Below are positions 57,935 to 64,000 of a stretch of DNA of 64,000 nt, in pieces (the first letter of the stretch is position 1; each line of letters begins with the position of its first letter). This DNA is from Candidatus Hydrothermarchaeum profundi. GTDB lineage: Archaea; Hydrothermarchaeota; Hydrothermarchaeia; Hydrothermarchaeales; Hydrothermarchaeaceae. The position numbers and the translations under genes are program-made. The notes below the pieces were generated by a model. It saw nothing but the letters and a program-made list of their open reading frames with translations. It did no database searches and was not told the origin of the DNA. The DNA lies in the NCBI GenBank assembly GCA_002011125.2, contig MTMF02000009.1:1256989-1320988 (forward strand), written 5' to 3'.

Positions 57935-59741
57935 CTGGGTCCCCCCTGCTGTAATATTCATAGTCGGAGGGCTTTTTACTCCTCTCTTTAAAGGTAGGGT
58001 GAGGAAAGCTTACTTGATGATAGTGCCCTTTGTGGCATTTATAAACCTTCTATTAATGTCCGAAGGAACAAATTGGGTTGTCAATTTTTTAGGCTATGAA
58101 CTAATTTTTGGAAAGGTTGATAAGCTGAGCATGGTCTTTGGGTATATTTTTGTAATTATGGGCTTCTCTGGGATACTTTATGCTCTAAATGTTGAAAATA
58201 TTGGAGAACATATGGCCGCTTTCTTTTATATTGGGAGCGCTCTGGGAGTTGTATTTTCAGGGGACTACTTTTCTCTATTCGTATTCTGGGAAATAATGGC
58301 TTTTGCTTCCGTTCTTCTCATATGGTATAGAAAGAGAAAGGCTTCTTTAAGCGCAGGATTCAGGTATATCCTGGTTCACATAGTTGGAGGACTTTGCTTA
58401 CTTGGAGGGATTATATTACATTTTGTCAGTACCGGCTCTATTGAATTTGGAAGCATCGCTGAAAAAACCTTGGCAAGTTATCTTATTTTAATAGGATTTC
58501 TATTGAACGCGGCGGTACCTCCCCTATCTGCATGGTTACCGGATGCGTATCCAGAGTCAACTTATAGTGGAGGAGTGTTTCTTAGCGCTTTTACGACAAA
58601 AACCGCTGTTTATGTTCTCCTGAGAGCATTCGTAGGTTGGGAGTTACTCATATACCTTGGTACAATCATGACCCTCTACGGTATTGTATACGCTATACTT
58701 GAGAATGATATGAGGAGGATACTTGCTTACAGCATAATTAACCAGGTAGGATTCATGGTTGTGGGAGCTGGAATTGGAACACAAATGGCGATAAATGGAG
58801 CAGCTGCCCATGCCTTTACGCATATACTCTATAAGGGGCTTCTCTGGATGTCAGCGGGCTCCGTACTCTATATGACTGGGAAGAGCAAATGTACTGATCT
58901 TGGAGGGTTGTATAGGACCATGCCTCTAACCCTTATTTTTTGTATGGTTGGTGCTTTATCTATTTCTGCGTTCCCTCTTTTTAGCGGTTTTGTTAGTAAA
59001 TCCATGACTATAGAGGCTGCGGTCGAAGAGCATTTAACATTTATTTGGATTTTACTTATGGTTGCCTCGGCAGGTGTCTTCTTACATGCTGGTATAAAGT
59101 TTCCATACTTCGTATTTTTTGCAAAAGATTCTGGAATAAGAGTGAGGGATCCTCCAGTAAACATGTTATTGGCTATGGGTTTTGTATCGTTTCTTTGTAT
59201 ATTCTTGGGGGTTTATCCAAAGCCTCTTTACAATATTCTCCCATATCCTGTAGATTATGCGCCTTATACTGCTGATCATATTATTGAAACATTGCAACTT
59301 TTGTTATTCTCAGCATTAGCGTTTTTCATATTTTTAGGTTATCTTAAAAGGACAGAAACGATTACTCTCGACACCGATTGGTTCTATAGAACAGGTGCTA
59401 AGGCTTTTCTCTGGTTCGTTAACTATCCGTTATCTACTTTTTCAGCGAGAATTGGAGAGATTTTCTTTAAAACCTTACCTTCTGCTCTCGGAAAAATCGG
59501 TAGAAATCCTGTAGCAGTAGTGCAAATATTAATTGATGAAATCTATTTAACATTCTTAAAAGCAGTACACCATTTTTCAAGGACATTTTTAAGGAGAGAA
59601 TGGATTGAAGTAAAGAGAAGACTTGCAAAAGAAAGAAAAGTCTATCCAAGAGAGGTTGTTAGAAGAAGCCCCATTGGAACTGCGGTTTTACTAATTACTC
59701 TTTTCCTCTTTATATACCTCTTGGACTTGGTTGTAATTTAA
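57915..59741 (+). CDS. Mrp Na+/H+ antiporter subunit D family
   Basis: WLPDAYPE, LSAFTTKTAVY, RRILAYSII, HILYKGLL; likely start ATG 57927. Confidence 0.9.
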   Translation: MRITMINWVPPAVIFIVGGLFTPLFKGRVRKAYLMIVPFVAFINLLLMSEGTNWVVNFLGYELIFGKVDKLSMVFGYIFVIMGFSGILYALNVENIGEHMAAFFYIGSALGVVFSGDYFSLFVFWEIMAFASVLLIWYRKRKASLSAGFRYILVHIVGGLCLLGGIILHFVSTGSIEFGSIAEKTLASYLILIGFLLNAAVPPLSAWLPDAYPESTYSGGVFLSAFTTKTAVYVLLRAFVGWELLIYLGTIMTLYGIVYAILENDMRRILAYSIINQVGFMVVGAGIGTQMAINGAAAHAFTHILYKGLLWMSAGSVLYMTGKSKCTDLGGLYRTMPLTLIFCMVGALSISAFPLFSGFVSKSMTIEAAVEEHLTFIWILLMVASAGVFLHAGIKFPYFVFFAKDSGIRVRDPPVNMLLAMGFVSFLCIFLGVYPKPLYNILPYPVDYAPYTADHIIETLQLLLFSALAFFIFLGYLKRTETITLDTDWFYRTGAKAFLWFVNYPLSTFSARIGEIFFKTLPSALGKIGRNPVAVVQILIDEIYLTFLKAVHHFSRTFLRREWIEVKRRLAKERKVYPREVVRRSPIGTAVLLITLFLFIYLLDLVVI

Positions 59742-59758
59742 TTAAGTTGATATCCTGT

Positions 59759-59944
59759 CTACTTAGTTTCTGATCTCAGAACTTCATATCCCGGCCAACA
59801 GCAATTGCATTTTCTTTTTAAGAAAACTGGAAGGAACTTGTGATAAAGTTCTGTTTGGACTCCTTTTTCTTGTAATATCTCTATTTCTTTCTCCTCTGCA
59901 ACACGTCTTCTTATTTCGTCAACATAGACCCTATTAACACCCAT
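59759..59944 (-). CDS. Small hypothetical protein with CNCC motif
   Basis: 61-aa ORF, GAGTGA upstream, TAG stop; co-oriented with pyl genes. Confidence 0.55.
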   Translation of the reverse strand: MGVNRVYVDEIRRRVAEEKEIEILQEKGVQTELYHKFLPVFLKRKCNCCWPGYEVLRSETK

Positions 59945-59955
59945 TCTTTATCACT

Positions 59956-60213
59956 CTAAATTGGACAATATTTCTGTATAATCTCTTTTTTAAGCCTATA
60001 TGCGATATACCTGTCATACCGTCCTTCCATTACATTATAAATATATTCGCTTATATCATTCCATTCGCATTTACCATCGAAGGTTTTCTCAAACTCTTCT
60101 AGCAACCTACTGAGTAGGGATGTGTCAGATTCTTCACCGCATCTAAGTTGACGCTTTCTCATTTTTCTAACTGCACAATCATCTTTCAATGGTTCTTTCA
60201 AATATAAGTCCAT
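59956..60213 (-). CDS. Small hypothetical protein
   Basis: 85-aa ORF with 4 Cys, TAG stop; downstream of pylD. Confidence 0.55.
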   Translation of the reverse strand: MDLYLKEPLKDDCAVRKMRKRQLRCGEESDTSLLSRLLEEFEKTFDGKCEWNDISEYIYNVMEGRYDRYIAYRLKKEIIQKYCPI

Positions 60214-60289
60214 ACCAGAAAGAAAGTATATAACAAACTAAAATTTTTTAAAAAATGCAATACAATTGGTAGATAAATAAATTTTGAGT

Positions 60290-61093
60290 TTAAAGGCTTG
60301 CGGATTTTACAGCCATAACAGCTACTCCGATCTGGAGGGGATCATGGATTAATCGGGTATCTAACTTTTCAATCCCTCTCTTGCTTACACCTAGAGGAAC
60401 TCCAGGAGCTGAAAGAACTGTTTCAGAGTTTATCCAGTCATCTTTTATAGTAGCTGGTGAGGCATTAATAATCAGATTAGTTTCTTTGATTGCTTCTTCT
60501 ATAGACCTATACGCTAATATTGATGGGCCCTCTAGCATTGATGCCTTAGAGAAATCCTTATCAACTAACAGGATTTTAGCCTTCTTTATCTTTAGATATC
60601 CTACTAGGCGTTTTCCTACCTTTCCTGCTCCTATAACCAAGACTTTTTTGCCTTGAAGTCCCCCTGCAGCTATTTCTAACGCAGTGGAATACCCTAGGGC
60701 CGTTGCATCGGCATTATCCACATATTTTCCGGATAGAATGTTTAGTGCAATAAAACGTAAATCATCAGCAATAAATAAAATGTTTGCGCCTCTGTCAATA
60801 GCTTCCTCTATTCCCGTGATATCTCTATTTTCAGTCACAAAGGATTCCATTCCTATATGAGATATGATTGAAGAAACAGCATAGCTAAATCCTGGGATCA
60901 CACCCTCTCCAAAAGTCATAGGTACAACACCAGCTATAGCGTTGTTTATATCAGGTTTTCTTTTTATATCCCCTTCTACTGCAGTAAAAGCCAATTCTCG
61001 TAAAGTACACTTTATTTTGTTCTTCAATTCTTTATCGTAATCGTTCAATCTTTGTGGGATACTCTTTACTATCTCTGAAGTCAATCTTGTCAT
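60290..61093 (-). CDS. pylD: Pyrrolysine synthase (3-methylornithyl-N6-lysine dehydrogenase)
   Basis: MTRLT, VVPMTFGEGVIPGF, ADDLRF, DNADATALGY, GAGKVG, APGVPLG, IHDPLQIGVAVM. Confidence 0.92.
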   Translation of the reverse strand: MTRLTSEIVKSIPQRLNDYDKELKNKIKCTLRELAFTAVEGDIKRKPDINNAIAGVVPMTFGEGVIPGFSYAVSSIISHIGMESFVTENRDITGIEEAIDRGANILFIADDLRFIALNILSGKYVDNADATALGYSTALEIAAGGLQGKKVLVIGAGKVGKRLVGYLKIKKAKILLVDKDFSKASMLEGPSILAYRSIEEAIKETNLIINASPATIKDDWINSETVLSAPGVPLGVSKRGIEKLDTRLIHDPLQIGVAVMAVKSASL

Positions 61094-62250
61094 TTTAAAT
61101 ACACCTCGGGATACGGATCTGAAAACTCTTTGATATCCAATTCGTTTATAATATTATCTAACACCTGATTTCTTTTTTCCCAAGTTTCTTCTAGGGACTT
61201 TTCTTTTACTATAAGGGTCGCGACCCATTTACCCCTACTACTCCTATAATTAGTAATCATTTCAAAAGAGCCAAAAAGACCCTTATGGATGCTTAAATTA
61301 TCAGCTGAAGCCATCAGATGCTCTCCTCCGACTTGGATGCATGATTTTGAAACAGTTATATGTTCATATAAGATTGCACTTTTTGGCGATGTCACCACCT
61401 TCGGGAGTGTATTGTTAGTAAACAAATTAACAAGAAGCTCTAACATATTTACACCACTTGAATGGTAAACGGCTGTCGGAGTTTGACTTGGAAGTCTAGC
61501 ATCGATTTCTATTACTTTTGGTTTTCCCTCCAATACTATAGCCTCAACATCTGTTATTCCTGTTAGATGTAATCCGTCAGCTATTTTTGTCCCTATTTTT
61601 TTGATCTTTTCTTCAATTGAAGAAGATAGAGTTAATGGAGCTAAAACTCTTTTACAGTCAAAATTTGAATCAAATTCTAGCATAGTACATAAAAGAGGGA
61701 CTCCCTCTCCCTCTTTTGCAATAATCTCTATAGATACTGAAGGCCCTTTAATGAATTCTTGAATAACCTTGTTCGATGAAGGGGATATTCTCCCTACCGT
61801 ATTCTGAAGTTGAGCTTTATTCCACACTATTGAGACATCCTGGCTTCCGCTAGAGTTTGATGGTTTAATTATTAATGGAAAATCTGCATTAGGATACAAT
61901 CGGGGTATTGGAATACCTATTTTCTCGAAAAACTTGTTAGAACGGATTTTAGAACTCGAGATGTAATATGAGTTTGTGTCATGTATAAGGGGAGTCCCCT
62001 TTGCGTCTTTAGTAATCTTTCTTAAAGTTGCCTTGTTTTCAGTTGCCGGCAGGATAACATCTGCGGTTCTATAAATCTTTTTTGCTTCTTTAGCATTCTT
62101 GGTTATATCTATTATATGGGTTTCATCTGCAAGACTTGCTGCAGGTACATCGGGATTTTTATCGATTAAAATACTTTCATAACCGGCTTTTTTTGATAAA
62201 TATACAGCTTCTAGTCCTTGGAGCTTCCCCCCTACTATGCATATCCTCAT
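61090..62250 (-). CDS. pylC: 3-methylornithine--L-lysine ligase (ATP-grasp)
   Basis: VGGKLQGLEAVYLSKKAG, PATEN, FDCKRV, EIDARLPSQTPTAVYHSSGVN, GEHLM. Confidence 0.95.
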   Translation of the reverse strand: MRICIVGGKLQGLEAVYLSKKAGYESILIDKNPDVPAASLADETHIIDITKNAKEAKKIYRTADVILPATENKATLRKITKDAKGTPLIHDTNSYYISSSKIRSNKFFEKIGIPIPRLYPNADFPLIIKPSNSSGSQDVSIVWNKAQLQNTVGRISPSSNKVIQEFIKGPSVSIEIIAKEGEGVPLLCTMLEFDSNFDCKRVLAPLTLSSSIEEKIKKIGTKIADGLHLTGITDVEAIVLEGKPKVIEIDARLPSQTPTAVYHSSGVNMLELLVNLFTNNTLPKVVTSPKSAILYEHITVSKSCIQVGGEHLMASADNLSIHKGLFGSFEMITNYRSSRGKWVATLIVKEKSLEETWEKRNQVLDNIINELDIKEFSDPYPEVYLK

Positions 62251-63347
62251 GAAGACACCTTATGGGGCGAGAATTTCTTATATTTCTCTATCCATCTGAT
62301 ATAGTCTTTCACAGTTGCGCTCTTTAATTTGAGTTCTTTTAGATAGGGCTTTATCCCGTCAACCGTTCTTTTACCTATTCGGATATCTAAATCATGCTGA
62401 GCAACTCCTGCGAGGTCTCCTTGGGGGGGGATAATAGATGTAACTACATTAGCTCCAGCCATTAATCTGGCTTGAAGTCCGGCTACGCCTTCTATATCCA
62501 AGGAGGCGGGTATCAACTTGTCTTGATGTACGAGTCTCATTACAGCAATGGTAAGAAGCTCTTCTTCTCTGGGCGGAGTTCTCCAATTTTCCATAGGCGT
62601 TCCGATCTGAGGTATAAAACTCATAGCTCTTATCTGGTGGGCATTAATTTTTTTCATCTCACTAATTGAATATGCCCTATCTTTTAGCGATTCTCCGACT
62701 CCTAGAAGAATGCCCTCCTCTATCAGCATACCTTCCTTTACAGCTATTTCTTTAACTCTCATTCTAGTATCGTAGTCTTGATCGATTCTTAGCTTAGAGA
62801 ATAAATCTCTATTATGAGTTTCTTGGTAGCATGCGTACCAATCTGCTCCAGCCCTAGATAAGTCCCCAAGGATTTTATGAGGAACAACGCCTGGGGATAC
62901 CATTATAGGGATGTCAACTTCATTTCTAACTCTTTTGAGTAAATCCAGCAATTTTGAAAAATCTTGTCTACCGTGGATTAATGGATCTTCACTCATAGTA
63001 AGATCTATTAAATGGACTCCAGAATCTTCTAGGTCTTTTGCAATTTTTATTACTTCTTCCGGAGTTTTCCGGTATCTAGGGCTCTTTAAATTTGGTTTCC
63101 TATAAAAACAGAAAGTACATCTGTTACGGCAGTATGTTGTAAAGTATATGAAACCATAGAAAAAAATCTTGTTACCAAAGAATTTCTCTCTTATTCTTTT
63201 TGCTGCGGAAAAAACGCCTTCTATATCAACTGGATCCCTTAGCCCTAATAAATACTCAGTCTCTACTCTGGATAGAGTGTTTAGGTTTAAAGCTTTTTCT
63301 ACAATGCTCTCAGCCTTTTTATCATTAAATTCTAACTCATTGTTCAC
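62247..63347 (-). CDS. pylB: Methylornithine synthase (radical SAM)
   Basis: YGFIYFTTYCRNRCTFCFYR, IDLTMSEDP, YACYQET, LIPASLDIEG, AGANVVTSIIP, GVAQ; likely start GTG 63347 with GGAGA RBS (track gives 63401). Confidence 0.95.
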   Translation of the reverse strand: MNNELEFNDKKAESIVEKALNLNTLSRVETEYLLGLRDPVDIEGVFSAAKRIREKFFGNKIFFYGFIYFTTYCRNRCTFCFYRKPNLKSPRYRKTPEEVIKIAKDLEDSGVHLIDLTMSEDPLIHGRQDFSKLLDLLKRVRNEVDIPIMVSPGVVPHKILGDLSRAGADWYACYQETHNRDLFSKLRIDQDYDTRMRVKEIAVKEGMLIEEGILLGVGESLKDRAYSISEMKKINAHQIRAMSFIPQIGTPMENWRTPPREEELLTIAVMRLVHQDKLIPASLDIEGVAGLQARLMAGANVVTSIIPPQGDLAGVAQHDLDIRIGKRTVDGIKPYLKELKLKSATVKDYIRWIEKYKKFSPHKVSS

Positions 63348-63445
63348 GCGTATCTCTCCTATGTAAAACGCAATTCCGCATTTCTTTAAGTACTTTGTCA
63401 CTCCTGCAAAACAACCTCAAAGTATCCCTAAGAATCTTGTATTAT

Positions 63446-64000
63446 TTAAATTATATCGAGCCTCACGCAATCAAGGTAAATTAGACTTCTACCAATTTTC
63501 TTTATATTAGCGAAACCTTCCTTTGCCAAGATAATTCTCTCGATCCCAAAACCTATCCCTGCCCAGGGATCGTATATCCCCCAGTTTTTATCGAGCTCAT
63601 GAGGGCCTGCTACACCAGAGCCTATTTCTATACCTCTCGAATGCACATCAAGAGTTTTCCCATAACATTCAGCATCTTCATAAGAAAGCTCATATTCCAT
63701 CTCAAGGGCGTCCATAATCTTTGTTATCAACTCTTTTAAACGTTCTTCCGGATCTTTCTCGGGTGATAGTTCAACTAGGTTTAGCATGGTAAATTCCGGC
63801 AAATGGCGAGCTCCTTTGGACTCCTTACGGAAACATGGCCCAATCTCGAAAATCCTGATCGGTCTTGGCCATAATCTACCGAGATGCCCAAGTAGAAAAT
63901 AGAGGTTTGGAGCTAGCATAGGTCTCAGGCAGTGATCTCGATCAATCCAAAAGATTTGGTTCCAGAGATGGTCTCCCTCATGGATATTCATACGTTCTAG
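63446..64000 (-). CDS. pylS: Pyrrolysyl-tRNA synthetase catalytic domain (5' end outside window)
   Basis: CLRPMLAPNLY, IFEIGPCFRKESKG..HLPEFTMLN, YGKTLDV, PWAGIGFGIER, RSLIYLD; frame open to window edge. Confidence 0.95.
   Translation of the reverse strand, partial: LERMNIHEGDHLWNQIFWIDRDHCLRPMLAPNLYFLLGHLGRLWPRPIRIFEIGPCFRKESKGARHLPEFTMLNLVELSPEKDPEERLKELITKIMDALEMEYELSYEDAECYGKTLDVHSRGIEIGSGVAGPHELDKNWGIYDPWAGIGFGIERIILAKEGFANIKKIGRSLIYLDCVRLDII

Noticed and set aside
52316-59741. Membrane-bound hydrogenase (Mbh/Mbx) or complex I
   Set aside because: No hydrogenase, Fe-S or NuoH-like subunits in the operon
59759-60213. Small ORFs as pylSn, or as one amber-readthrough protein
   Set aside because: No PylSn motifs; the two ORFs are in different frames (11-nt gap), and readthrough hits TAA after 14 codons
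60214-63445. tRNA-Pyl in the gaps around pylB-D
   Set aside because: Gaps 60214-60289 and 63348-63445 are AT-rich and show no cloverleaf with a CUA anticodon

Overview
Archaeal chromosomal window, mostly AT-rich, with archaeal ribC/ribH/ribL, dph5, pantoate kinase/phosphopantothenate synthetase, a TFS-like protein, BRE/TATA promoters and GGAGGTGA-type RBSs. The gene set suggests an anaerobic euryarchaeote-like lineage; the taxon cannot be fixed from sequence alone. 1-35.4 kb is housekeeping DNA (riboflavin, His, Ilv and CoA synthesis, aspS), plus a type IV pilus/T2SS-like ATPase-TadC locus, cooC, and a receiver-receiver-KaiC-like module. About 35.7-47.5 kb is a decaying, compositionally mosaic island. 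It sits at the 3' end of tRNA-Thr(CGT), next to a truncated tyrosine integrase, with a candidate 13/14-bp att repeat. Its cargo looks defence-related: a DUF6884-GIY-YIG pair, a second DUF6884 fusion, a PD-(D/E)XK nuclease, a NucS relic, an EVE/PUA-like domain, an RNase J-like hydrolase and a HEAT protein. The most notable cargo is a GC-rich operon encoding an AbrB-type regulator, a mini-ATPase fused to an unknown Cys-bearing domain, and a 66-aa protein ending in Gly-Gly (ubiquitin-like), with no E1/E2/JAB gene in view. 47.6-59.7 kb holds pcm, SIMPL, MFS, nnr and an 11-gene Mrp/Mnh antiporter operon. The window ends in a pyrrolysine cluster (partial pylS, pylB, pylC, pylD), yet TAG still ends about 13 genes here and no amber-split gene was seen. 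No CRISPR array or rRNA was found. All family assignments come from motif recognition by eye, not database searches.
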